In this document: positions 11,114-24,044 of the stretch, one piece after another | Layout: each line of letters opens with the position of its first letter | How positions within the stretch are numbered: position 1 is the first letter of the stretch | Assembly (NCBI RefSeq): GCF_006345805.1 | Contig: NC_043005.1 | Span: 10,354,001-10,418,000, forward strand | DNA from: Octopus sinensis | Lineage: Eukaryota | Direction: 5' to 3' | DNA: 64,000 nt | Notes under the pieces: model-generated | What the model saw: only the letters and a program-made list of their open reading frames with translations | What the model was told of the DNA's origin: nothing | Database searches by the model: none | Program-made: the position numbers and the translations under genes

Positions 11114-13060
11114 AATAAGAAAATGTACCTTCTCTCAATTGTGTGGCTTCTTTCTATCTCCTCAAGGTTTAGTTTGAGATTGTGTAAAAATGGATTTATT
11201 TTTGTCTATTATTTGCTGTAAGTGAAAATAAATATAAAATAATCATAGAAAGATGAAACTCTATTTACCACTTACATTTTCATTTGTGATTTTAATACCA
11301 TATTTTTCAGTGATATGGTTTCATTTTCCATACTAAAACTAACAATTTTGATAAACATTATTATTCTTCAATATTTATGTTTGGAAATATTAGCTTCATA
11401 CTTTGTCATAAGTTCAAATTCTGCTACATCAGGTTTTATTTATCACTTAGTCTGCTTTATTCAATTTAGAGGAAAGTATACAGTATGCAGAGTTAAATGG
11501 TGGGTTTTATTCAAATTTTCTCTGTTTTAAAACTTTTGGATTAACATTCATATTATTATTGTTATCCTTGTCGTCTTCATCTTTGCCTCTGCCATCATCT
11601 TTATTGTTGTTGCTTAGTCCCGAGACAAACCCTCATGAAAGCCATAATTTTCCCAGCTGTTTTTGTATTATTTTTTGCTTTTTAGTAATGGCATATCATG
11701 AATGACATATGATTTATCCCATTTTTTTCTTCTTAAGATGGCAGAATGTGGTTTTAAGGGAATTAGATGTTATTTTAGTAAATCAAATAATCATGGATTG
11801 GCTTTCTTATGGGTGCAAACATTTGTGTGTTCATATGTGAAGCAAATAATTAAGTCTATAATTGAGTTTCAGTTTTGTTTGGCAAAAAAGTGACAGCTTC
11901 ATTCATAAGCATTCACACGAAAAAATATATAATCTCACCTTGTCATTCATTTCCATATCCACAAATATATAGGTTGTGTTTTGTAGCTATTTTACTTGTG
12001 CTCATGTGGTTGTTTTACACATAGCACAACAGTACCCTCTACAGTATGCAAATACAATATGATTGCTATCATTGAAAGGGAATATGAAAGTATTTTAAAC
12101 AGTATGACTATTCATCTTTAACCTTCCCTAAGGATTAATCATGTATGTGTTTCTGAGAAAAAAGTTTTGTACCTGATGGTTTCATTACATACCTTTTTGT
12201 GGCAGGTTTCATGTCAGTGTCAACTTGGAATTTCATCCCTCTGGAAACTAACTATAAAATAGCTATGATATGGTTCGGAGTCAGGTAACCAACTAAAAGA
12301 TTCCTAGCATTCTTGCATCCTTTCCTCTTTAAGCTGGCACTGGAGCCTATGACTGTTTTCTATACCAACATCATACTGAGGATGCTGAAGGGAAACTCTG
12401 AGATCTACATATGACACATTTTTAACTGAAAACCCTGCATCTAGCTTGGACCATGGCACAAAAGGACAATTTGATTTTGCTTTCTTAGATTGCTAAAAAT
12501 AATATTAATGGTGATAGCAATAATCAGTTGTAACTTTGGTAAAAGTCCATGCATTCTGAAAGAGAGAATAATTTATTCTGTCAACCCTAGTATTTGACTA
12601 ATACTTAATTTTATTGGCTTTAGGAATTAAAATCAAAATGTAAAGAATAAAGAACAAAGCTAAATATGGCAATGCATTTTCTGTAATGCTCTACTAATTC
12701 TGATGCTTTTCTATTTATAATAATAATAATAATAATAATAATGATGATGATTTCTACTATTGCCACAAGGCCTGAATTTTGGGGTAAGGGGATAGTTGAT
12801 AATATTGACTCCAATGCACAACTGATACTTATTTTATAACCCCCAAAGGATGGAAAACAAAGTCAACCTCAGTGGAATCTGAACTCAGAACATAATAATA
12901 ATGAGGATGATAATTGTTTTTATTATAGGCACAAGGTCTGAGATTAAGAGGAGAGGTTTAGTCAATTAAATGAACTCCTGTACATGATTGGTACTTTATT
13001 GGGGATATGAAAGTAAAGGTGATGTTTGCAGGATTTGAACTCAGATAGAAAAACCATACG

Positions 13061-13540
<480 letters not shown>

Positions 13541-13600
13541 TACATGTGTTTGTGTGTGTATGAATTATAGACAATGGTGAATGTAAATTTAGTGGTATGG

Positions 13601-13645
<45 letters not shown>

Positions 13646-13899
13646 AGAGAGAGAGAGAGAGATGGATACTTTTTCTCTTTCTTGGTGGAAAATACTAATT
13701 GAGACTTAACTTTTCATTACTTAGCAACTATAAATAGTATAATAAATACACAAAGAAGGAGGTAAAAATAATTCAGATCACTTTTTGTTTCCAATGTTTG
13801 TTATTTATTTTTTATTTTTCTTCTTTTATTTTTCATTATCTACATACATCTGTATATTTGCTGCATATATCAAGAAGATAGAAGCGGTATAGAAAGGGA

Positions 13900-13934
13900 G
13901 AGGGTGAGAGAGAGAGAGAGGGGGAGAGAGAGAA

Positions 13935-13969
<35 letters not shown>

Positions 13970-14192
13970 ATTAACCCAATCAATAATTGAGCACTTACAT
14001 TTGTTTCTAATTGGGCTGTATAAGTTGATGCTTTAATTGATGTTTGTCTACTGTTTCATGAAAACAACAACAACAGTAGCAGCTTGGACAACAACAACTA
14101 CTATGATGGTGATAGCAAAATCCCCGTGTCATTGTAGCAGTCATAAGTTTCTTAAATAACAGTTATTTCTGGAAGAGCTCAGCCGAGAAGAA

Positions 14193-14236
<44 letters not shown>
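13900..14236. repeat. (GA)n tracts
   Basis: (GA)n runs at about 13907-13966 and 14197-14235. Confidence 0.9.
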
Positions 14237-14912
14237 AAAACAAAACAAAGCAATTAAATTACAGCAAAAATATATAGTTATTTTCTTTGTCAGACAAACA
14301 ACATATACTACTATTTACATCTATCTCTATATAGGTATCTACCCATCTATGTACCTATCTTCTCCGTTTATCAATTTACCTATTTACCTCTCTTTCTCTC
14401 TCCCTCTCCCATGTATAGACACATACATACACACACACACATGCACACAGTGTTCACGCTTTGTACATCTGGATGAACTTTGAAGTGGAAATATCTTATA
14501 AAAAGACTTTAAACTCTCACACACTCACACATGTAAACATACAAAATAAGAATTAAAAAGATGCTGTGGTAAGTGTTGCATTTGTCTTTAAATCCTTTCT
14601 ATTATAAATTAGCATTTGTACATTTATGTACTAATGCAATTTCTCTACAATAAATTAATTGTAAAATACAATATCAATGAAAATCCCTAAATGAATGCTG
14701 TATTTTATGAAAATAATTTCTTGAATGAGTTTTATGTGCACCAAAACATATTACATCTCTTAATTTTGTAATTGGGAAAAAAAGAAAATGCTAATTACTC
14801 CAAAATTATAAAGTCAATGATTTATTAGTCTTTGGCAATAGTTTTCAGAAAATTATATATACATTATAGTATTCATTACATTTAGATTATATATAAATAT
14901 ATATATATATAT

Positions 14913-15066
14913 ATGGGTGGTTTGGCGTTAGGAGGGGTGGCATCCAGTCTAAAACACTGCCAGATCGACTGGGCCTGGTGCAGCCTTCTGGCTTCACAGA
15001 CCCCTTGAACCATCCAACCCATGCTAGCATGGAAAGCGACGCTAAATGATGAGATATGATGATGAG
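14913..15066 (+). mobile_element. RTE 3'UTR fragment with (GAT)n-like tail
   Basis: TTGGCGTTAGGAGGGGTGGCATCCAG...CCATGCTAGCATGGAAAG, the same family as 52405-52700. Confidence 0.75.
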
Positions 15067-15889
15067 ATATATATATATATATATATATAAACAACCCAGC
15101 CTAAATTCTAACATAATTTGATTTGCATTTTCACCAAAACTGATACCTATTTACTTTAAGGAAATTGCCATGCAAAAGAACTAGTCTACTGTACTAAGGT
15201 AAATATCAAATTTAACCTCCATAATGGTTTAACCAACAATTCTTTCAAAGGAAGATTCAATCAACCTATGCATACATTTCAAAATGTAAACAAAGCAAAA
15301 TGTGTGGTTATCAAGTTATATTTGAACATTAAAGTTCACTAAACTTCTTTTCAGATATCAACTACAAAATTTTATCTTTTGCAAAAGCAATTTTCCTAGC
15401 TATGTATCTTTGAATCATATGAAATATGTCTCTTCCATTTTCCATTTCTAGTTCACTCTAGAAAATTATTCACTTCTTGTAGCCTTGGGATTTAAAACTC
15501 TAAAATACTTTAAACCTATTTTATTCTCTAATCACTAATAATGTTCCTTATATTTTTCCACAGAACTTGCACAATTTTCTCTATAGTTTGAATGACTTCT
15601 ACATTGTACCCTGTATATATTGTACCCTATAACATTCTCTTTCTCCCCTTATGTGTAGGAATTAAACTTTCCCAACATACGCTTTATCATTATAAAGACC
15701 AATACAGTTCACTGAAAATCCGTGTTGATCATTTATAATTAGCACATGATTCTCAGATTATTTATATATATATATATGTAGTCATGCATGTATGTTTGTT
15801 TATATGTTGATATATATGTATGTATGTATGTTCAAACACACACACATATATATATATGTATATATATATCTGGGGCACATGCAAATCAC

Positions 15890-17634
15890 AAACCAGAAGT
15901 TTCTTTGATGCCACAACACTCCAAAACCAAACAAACACCATCGACACATAGACATAACAGAGAGGGATGTAATATCTGCCATAGAAGAATGAGAATAAAC
16001 TCAGCTGCTGGACAGATGGATTCCCAGCAGTCCTCCTAAAAACATGCAGGCATGCCCTAGAGGGACCACTGAAGATGCTCTTCAGTGGTTCCTTGGCTAA
16101 CGGTAAACTGCCAGGGCGCTAAAAGAAGGCACCATATGCCTATCCACAAAGGAGGAGGAGTAGAGCAGAGGCCAAAAACTACGGCCAGTCTCCCTGACGT
16201 CACACATAAGTAAGGCATGGAACGAATCATCAGAAAAAAAATGATCACGTTCTCGACGAAACTAACCGTCTCACTGACACCAGCATGGCTTTCGCCCAGG
16301 AAGAAGCTGCCTTACGCAGCTGTACAACACTACGACTGGGTACTGAAACAAACTACTGGATCGCTCACAGGTGGATGTGTATATTCTCGACTTTGCGAAG
16401 GCCTTTGACAAAGTCGACCACGGAGTGATATGTCACAAATTACTCAGACTCGGCATAACAGGAAAAGTAGGTGAGTGGATACTGACTTCCTGAAGGACAG
16501 AAGAAGCAGATGGTTGCAGCCAATGGAGCCCTCTCGGAAAGACACCAATAGCAAGCGGGGAGTGCCACAGGGCACAGTCTGGGACCCTTGCTGTTTTTGG
16601 TGGCGCTCTCTGACATGCCCTTGGTAGCACAAAAACATCCCTCACTAGCTATGCTGATGCACAAAGTAGCACAGGCAATTAAAAACCCAGCTGATGCTGA
16701 CCTTTTACAACAAGATCTGGATGCCATATACAAATGGGCTGAAGAAAGAAAGAAAACAACATGCAATTTAAGGCTGGTAAATTTCAAGCCTACAATATCA
16801 AGCTGTAAACACATATACATTACAACACAACTATACTGGTCCAGGAGGGATCGAAATCCCAGTATCGAATCAATACGGACCTGGGGATAGACATGAGTGA
16901 CGATGCTCTTTTTCTTCACACATCGCGAAGGTGGCGACAATGTGCAGACGACTCACTGGCTGGATCCGCGAGGACATCAGGACAAGAAGAGACTGCGAGA
17001 CCATGTTGACACTATGGAGGACATTTGTCCTAAGCAGCCTAGACTACTGCTCCCAACTGTGGTCACCGCATAGTGTCAAAACTAACACAGAGCTTGAGAC
17101 AATCCAAAGACATTTCAACAAGAGGATTTCACCTGAAAGAAAAAAAAAACTATTGGGAGAGGCTTAGGGAACTCAATTTGACTCCTTGGAACGAAGACGA
17201 GAGAGATATGCAGTGATATACATATGGAAAATCCTGGAGGGACTAGCACCAAATTTGGAATTGAGAGCTGTTCCAATCCCGTACAGGTCGTCACTGTTGG
17301 TGCCCAAAGGTCCCGTCTTCCACATCCAGGGTAAGAGCAGATACTGTAATATGCCTGGGGTTCAGGGGCCTCAGCTGTTCAACAAACTGCCAGAAAACTG
17401 AGAGATCTACATGATGCGGATGTGGACATTTTCAAAAACATTAGACAAGCTGCTTTCCGGGATCCCAGATGAACCCACTGCCAAGGTACGAAGGTAACCT
17501 AAGGGCAGCAGCTACAAAACTCTCTCTTAGATCATGGCCAGCCACGGCAAACTGGACTTAGAGAGGGTAGCAACAAGGGCGGGTGCCCAGCATGGCTCAG
17601 CCGGATGGCTGAAACAAGTAAAAGAGTAAAAGAG

Positions 17635-17635
<1 letters not shown>
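15890..17635 (+). mobile_element. 5'-truncated decayed CR1-clade LINE (RT + C-terminal region + 3'UTR), family 1
   Basis: Motifs LDFAKAFDKVDHG (16386-16424), SGVPQGT..PLLFLV, YAD (16650-16658), QQDLDAIYKWA, LDYCSQLWSP, LERRRERYAVIY and IPDEP. Many frameshifts and stops. Ends GAAACAAGTAAAAGAGTAAAAGAG. Confidence 0.9.
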
Positions 17636-17665
<30 letters not shown>

Positions 17666-17738
17666 ATATATCTATATAATATATATATTATATATATATA
17701 TATCATATATATCTATATATATATATATATATATATAT

Positions 17739-17950
17739 GGGCAAATCGAAAATTAAAAAGAGCAAATAAATAAAACAACACAAGCAAAAGGACTTACACA
17801 GATGGAGTGTATTAGCTGACATTCAGTATAAGATGGAAAGCAGAGTGGGTGTATAACGTTTTGGGGCTTGGCTCTTTGTCAGAAAGAGGAGAAACAAAAA
17901 GTCTAGAGAAGGAAGAAATGGTCCAAGAAAATCATGTATGGTTACATGGC
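17739..17950 (-). mobile_element. Decayed Penelope-like terminal repeat fragment
   Basis: Minus strand 17886-17851 reads CTTTCTGACAAAGAGCCAAGCCCCAAAACGTTATAC, homologous to the motif at 10305. The 3' end abuts (TA)n at 17635-17738. Confidence 0.5.
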
Positions 17951-18267
17951 TGAAATGACCAGAAGTGGAGAGAAATAGAGAAAGTGGTTTTTAAGATAGT
18001 GTGAAAATGGCCAGTGTGTGTGTGTGTGTGATAGTATCTGTGTGTGTGTGAGATAGTATCTGTGTGTGTGCCATTTGATTTCATGGTGAGAGGCAAGAGG
18101 ATGAGTGTGTGAGTGCGTAGGTGTTGCTGTGTGTATGTATATGTTTATGTGTGTGTATATGTGCATAAGAATGTATGTGTGTGTGTGTATGAATGTGTGT
18201 GAGGGCATGTGTTTGGGTGTGAGTGTGGGCATGTGTGCGTGTGTGTGTATATATATATATCTATTGT

Positions 18268-18648
18268 GGAGGCACAATGGCCCAGTGATTAGGGCAGCAG
18301 ACTTGCAGTCATAGGATTGCGGTTTCGATTCCCAGACTGGGCGTTGTGAGTGTTTATTGAGTGAAAACACCTAAAAGCTCCACAAGGCTCTAGCAGGGGG
18401 AGGGGGCAAACCCTGCTGTATTCTTTTACCACAATTTTTTCCTTACTCTTTCTCCCTGTTTCTGTTGTACCTGTATTTTGAAGGGCCATCCTTGTCATAC
18501 TCTGTGTCACACTGAATCTCCTTGAGAACTGCATTAAGGGTACACATGTCTGTGCAGTGCTCAGCCCCTTGCACGTTAATTTCACAAGCAGGCTGTTCCA
18601 TTGATCAGATTAACTGGAACCCTCGTTACCGTAACTGATGGAGTACCA
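18268..18648 (+). mobile_element. tRNA-derived SINE family C
   Basis: GGAGGCACAATGGCCCAGTG (A box) and GGTTTCGATTCC (B box), followed by an about 300 bp non-tRNA body. Single copy here, so family status is partly from recall. Confidence 0.65.
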
Positions 18649-18769
18649 TGACAATATATTTACTAATTTCATTTGGGCATTAACCTTGGAGCTTCCTTTA
18701 TTAAACCCATCCATGGGTATTGGCTATCAGATACAATTTTAAACAGAAATGAATAGTTTTATTGATTCC

Positions 18770-19135
18770 CAGCCACGTGGTCTGGGTCAGTCCCACTGCA
18801 TGGCACCCTGGGTAAGTTTCTTCTACTATAACCTTGGGCTGACCAAAGACATGTGAATGGATTTGGTAGACAGAAACTGAAAGAAGCCTGTCGTATTTAT
18901 ATCTATATGTGTGTTTTTGTGTCTGTGCTTGTCCAACAACCATCACTTGACAACTGATCTTGGTGTGTTTACATCCCTGTAATTTAGCAGTTCAACAAAA
19001 GACACCAATAAAATAAGTACTAGGCTTACAAAGAATAAGTTCTGGGATCGATTTCTTCAACTAAAACCCTTTAAGGAGGTGTTCCTGCATGGCTGCAGCC
19101 AAATGATAGGAAGAAATAAAAGAATAAAAGGTGGA
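18770..19135 (+). mobile_element. Older, diverged SINE family A copy
   Basis: Colinear with family A, with many substitutions. Confidence 0.8.
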
Positions 19136-19214
19136 ATACATAGAGTTTATATTATTATTAACAACGAAAATAGAATGAGCAATTCATTTAATAAAATAAA
19201 TTGCTCGGTCCATT

Positions 19215-19440
19215 TCCTTTGTTTATATGTATCAAGTCAAGAATATGGTAAAAATGTTAGCACACTGGGCAAAATGGTTAGTGGCATTTTGTTTGTCTTT
19301 AGGCTCTGAGTTCAAATTCTGCTGAGGTTGTTTGGGGTCGGTGAAACAAGTACCAGCTTAGTTCTGGGGGTCAAGGTAATTGACTAGCTCCCTCCCCCAA
19401 AATTGCTGACTTTGTGCCAAAATTTGAAACCAATACTGAT
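19215..19440 (+). mobile_element. Diverged SINE family B copy
   Basis: CTGAGTTCAAATT...AAGTACCAG...GGGGTC motifs shared with 39029-39260. Confidence 0.65.
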
Positions 19441-19600
19441 ACACACACACACACACACACACACATAAATGTATGTATGTGTATTTGTTTTTGTATGTAA
19501 GTGTATGCGTGTATACATATTTGTATATATCATATATGTATGTGTATACATGTATGCATATTTATATGTAAGTATATTTGTGTGTGTATGTATGTACATA

Positions 19601-19653
<53 letters not shown>

Positions 19654-20167
19654 GTGCACACACACATACACACATATATTTACATTTCTTTCTCATCAGA
19701 ATAATTCATTTCTCATACCTATATAAAACATCCTTTCGCATTCACTCATAATTATTAAATCAACCCATTATTCCATATTTGATTGTCTTCTCTTTATTAT
19801 TCATCCTTACTCACATCCATATTCTGGCTAATTCTATTTATTTGCTTTCTTCCTTTTCTTGGCTCTGTATCACTCTATATTTTATGATCTATTCACTCTG
19901 CCCCTTATATGTATACATTTAACTGATTTCTGATTTTTCAATATCGTTTGATGAAGCCAGATTTTTAGCAAAACTTTAAAGTCACTGTCACCATTTTAAT
20001 GCTTACATATATATGTATATATGATTTCTGTAGCATATCCTGTTAATCATCCCATTGATACAGATTATAACAACAGACATGGTAACACTCACACACACAC
20101 ACACACATTAGAGATACCTATAAGTTTTTATTGCTTTTTTTTCTTAAGGGGTTAACTTATACACATC

Positions 20168-20572
20168 TCTTTTACTCTTTTACTCTTTTACTTGTTTCAG
20201 TCATTTGACTGCGGCCATGCTGAAGCACCGCCTTTAGTCGATCAAATCGACCCCGGGACTTATTCTTTGTAAGCCCAGTACTTATTCTATCGGTCTCTTT
20301 TGCCGAACCGCTAAGTAACTGGGACGTAAACACACCAGCATTGGTTGTCAAGCAATGCTAGGGGGACAAACCCACACACACACACACATATATATATACA
20401 TATATACGACAGGCTTCTTTCAGTTTCCGTCTACCAAATCCACTCACAAGGCATTGGTCGGCCCAGGGCTATAGCAGAAGACACTTGCCCAAGGTGCCAT
20501 GCAGTGGGACTGAACCCGGAACCATGTGGTTGGTTAGCAAGCTACTTACCACACAGCCACTCCTGCGCCTAT
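20168..20572 (-). mobile_element. SINE family A copy
   Basis: Reverse complement of family A. ATCTCT on both flanks may be a TSD. Confidence 0.9.
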
Positions 20573-21339
20573 CTCTAGAAAATTTGCATAGTTTTTAAAG
20601 ATTTGGGGTATTTTTTTTGCTCTTTTGTGGGGCAAGACAGGAAGGAAATGGAAGCGGCTTCAACTAGCTATCAATTACTGAAACCTTAATTTCATATACA
20701 TCATGGGTTTCATTGTTGTTATTAACCATAGATGTGGAATAATTGTTTTTCTCTTTCTCCTCCTTTTCACACAATAAACTATGATATTTTGTTGAATATT
20801 TTTCTCAATGATATTCCATTGCTTGTCGTTCCTCCACTTTCAAATTGCTTTATTCTTTTCTCAAAGGATAATAATGACCTGTGTATGAATCATAAGCTGC
20901 CCCTGCCACTCTTTCCCCTCCAATTTCTTTGAAGTCACCATGTTTAGTGAAGTCAAAGAATTGCACTATAACCTATTGACTTTAAAAAAATAGGATACAT
21001 TGGATCATATAATTGTAGATGCAGTATGTCTGAATGAGGGATGGGATGGCAAAGTCTAAAATACTTCCGATCATAAGTTTACTCAAACAGGGCTGACTTG
21101 GGTTAACCACCAGCAGCAACGGCAACAATAATAATAATGGCTTCAAATTTTGGTACAAGGCCAACAATTTTAAGGGTGGAGGTAAGTTGGTTATATCAAC
21201 CCCAAATTGATGGAAACCAAGTTTAGTCTCAGTGGCATTTAAACTTAGAACATAAAGAACCAAAAGAAATGCCGCTAAGCATATTTTCTGACACTCTAAT
21301 GATTCTTTTAGCTTGTCACTTTAATAATAATGATAATAA

Positions 21340-21520
21340 TTTGGGGGGGAAGGAGATGAGTTGATTACATCGACCCCAGGGTTCAACTGGTACTTATTTT
21401 ATCGATCCTGAAAGGATGAAAGGGAGAGTCAACGTTGGTGAAATTTGAACTCAGAATGTAGCGATGAGCGAAATACCTCTAAGCATTTTGTTCAATGCGC
21501 TAATGATTCTGCCAGCTCAC
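21340..21520 (-). mobile_element. SINE family B copy
   Basis: Reverse complement of the family B head and central domain. Confidence 0.75.
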
Positions 21521-21533
21521 CACCTTGATAATG

Positions 21534-21575
<42 letters not shown>

Positions 21576-21609
21576 GTAGTTAGAAGAAGAAGAAATAAGA
21601 AGAAAAATT

Positions 21610-21860
21610 AGATGGTGTGGGTGATAGAAATTGTAGAGTGTTAGACAAAATGCTTTGCAATATTTAGCACATTGAATTGTCAAGCTGGCAAAATTGTTAG
21701 CAATCTGGGCAAAATGCGTAGTGGCATTTTGTCCATCTCTATGTTCTGAGTTCAGATTCCACTGGGGTCCACTTTGCCTTTCATCCTTTTGAGGTTGATG
21801 TAATCGACTTACCCCTTCCCCCAAAATTGCTGGCTTTGTGCCAGAATTTGAAACCAATAT
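21610..21860 (+). mobile_element. SINE family B copy with partly duplicated head
   Basis: GTTCTGAGTTCAGATTCC...CTTTGCCTTTCATCCTTT, as in family B. Confidence 0.7.
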
Positions 21861-22104
21861 TTAGTTACATTCATTTATGTACTGATAGAATTCATAGAGG
21901 CTTATCTGTATTTCTCAGGAAAAGCTTTACACTTGGGTGCAGTTTGGGACACATGGTTAAGAAGACTACTTATAATTTGCTGCAAGTACCGTGAGATGAA
22001 TTTAAAGCATATCTTCTCTTATAGCCTTAAACTTCGCCATAATGTAGTTAAACCATCACTTTTGCATACCCTGTATCAGCAATGATAGGATGAGGGTTAT
22101 ATTA

Positions 22105-22319
22105 AGCGTTAGTGCGCTGGGCGAAATGCTTAGCGGTATTTCGTCTGTCGTTACGTTCTGAGTTCAAATTCCGCCGAGGTCGACTTTACCTTTCATCCTT
22201 TCGGGGTCGATAAATTAAGTACCAGTTACGCACTGGGGTTTAATGTAATAAACTTAATCCCTTTGTCTGTCCTTGTTTGTCCCCTCTATGTTTAGCCCCT
22301 TGTGGGCAGTAAAGAAATA
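22105..22319 (+). mobile_element. SINE family B copy, 5'-truncated
   Basis: Near-identical to 39029-39260. TATATTA on both flanks. Confidence 0.85.
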
Positions 22320-22447
22320 TATATTAGCACAGTTCATTTCAATAATAATATTTCATTGCAGTGATTAATAGCTTCACAGTTTGTAATAAGATGTATAACA
22401 AGCCATTTCATATAAAACATCAGCTCTTAATTCATGATACTGTTTAA

Positions 22448-22667
22448 CCCTTTAGCATTCAGATTATTTTGTCAAATCTAATGCTTATTTATTCACATTG
22501 TTTTGAATCAACCATGCACTGTCTCATAGCTTCAAGATTTCAATAATGTGATTGCTTATTTTTAGAATAACATTGTGGGATAGGTATGAAAAGTTGGATC
22601 TGGCCAATTTGAGCATAAAACAAGGAGAAGATTTGGGCCGGATATGGCCGGTTTGAATGCTAAAGGG
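22448..22667 (+). mobile_element. piggyBac-type MITE, copy 2 (best preserved)
   Basis: TTAA|CCCTTTAGCATTCA...TGAATGCTAAAGGG|TTAA: perfect 14-bp TIR, TTAA TSD at 22444-47 and 22668-71, non-coding. Confidence 0.85.
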
Positions 22668-23197
22668 TTAAGACATAATGCTTTGAATAAAGTTTCAGTT
22701 TGATATTATGTGTGTTTGTGTAAATGAAATGAAAATGTGTTGCAAGAAATAATCTCTGAATGATCCGTAGCATACATTTGTACAACAAAGACAAATAAAG
22801 CTATATTAAATACCATGCAAGATAAATTCTTGATATGCTTAAATAATCTTCACTTCTGGCGGAGAAACAACAATTGCTTGGTGGCATTTGGGACGGACTC
22901 TAAATCTTAATGAGAAGGGGGAGATAATCACAAGAAGCAAGAATTGAGATGTTACTATGGGAAAGATAATCTGATTGTTTGGAAACAAAAGAACAGCTGT
23001 GGATTTACGTCTCTGGCTCAATAGGTGTATAGTCAGTGCAGCAACTGGCCTACTTTGCCTCCAGTAAAACAAAATACTTATGCATGCACAAAAGAGTAGA
23101 ACAAGTTTCTTTTAAGTAATTTTCATAACTGAAACAATCTATTCCAGTGAATATATCAATAATAATGATGATACATATATGAGATATAATATTTAAT

Positions 23198-23620
23198 ATA
23201 GGCGCAGGAGTGGCTGTGTGGTAAGTAGCTTGCTAACCAACCGCATGGTTCTGGGTTCAGTCCCACTGCGTGGCATCTTGAGCAAGTGTCTTCTGCTATA
23301 GCCCCGGGACGACCAATGCCTTGTGAGTGGATTTGGTAGACGGAAACTGAAAGAAGCCTGTCGTATATATGTATATATATATATATGTGTGTGTGTGTGG
23401 TGTGTTTGTGTGTCTGCATTTGTCTCCCTAGCATTGCTTGACAACCGATGCTGGTGTGTTTACGTCCCCGTCACTTAGCGGTTCAGCAAAAGAGACCGAT
23501 AGAATAAGTACTAGGCTTACTAAGAATAAGTCCTTGGGTCTAGTTGCTCGACTAAAGGCGGTGCTCCAGCATGGCCGTAGTCAAATGACTGAAACAAGTA
23601 AAAGAGTAAAAGAGTAAAAG
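23198..23620 (+). mobile_element. SINE family A copy
   Basis: Full head, internal microsatellite, (GTAAAAGA)n tail. Confidence 0.9.
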
Positions 23621-23910
23621 AATTTATTATTCTACTTCTGTACTACTATGCTTCAAGTGAACTACAACATTCTTCTTATATATATATATATAAGACAAGA
23701 AAACAAATAAAGCACCTATCTCTTTAGCAAAATGGCCCAGTTTGATATGTGGAAAAGATGTTGGTAGACATTCTATACAATATATCCAGTGCAAACTGTG
23801 GACATATACTCTCATACATCACCATGTACTACCACCTGTCATATCCCTGTCCCAATTCTATTTCCTCTACTATTTCCTCATGCCAGCATGGAAAATGAAT
23901 ATTGAACAGT

Positions 23911-24044
23911 GATGATGATGATATCATCAATGAGGTTGATGATGATATTGATGAGTGTGATATTGATAAGGTTGATGATGATATCGATGAGGATGATGAC
24001 ATCGATGAGGTTGATGATGATATTGATGAGGTTGATGATGATAT
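23911..24044 (+). repeat. About 21-bp GAT-derived minisatellite (GATGAGGTTGATGATGATATT)
   Basis: About 6 imperfect units immediately after the RTE-type terminus CATGCCAGCATGGAAAA (23879-23895). Confidence 0.8.

Noticed and set aside
12193-12240. 48-nt minus-strand exon-like segment (GMKFQVDTDMKPATK)
   Set aside because: Phase 2-2 fits no neighbouring candidate, and the adjacent plus strand looks like a very decayed RT fragment.
12280-12490. GVR...ILAPFLF-like RT trace
   Set aside because: Too degenerate to call by eye.
20879-20972. Open frame VIVQFFDFTKHGDFKEIGGERVAGAAYDSYT on the minus strand
   Set aside because: Weak donor (G|GTCATT) and no recognisable homology.
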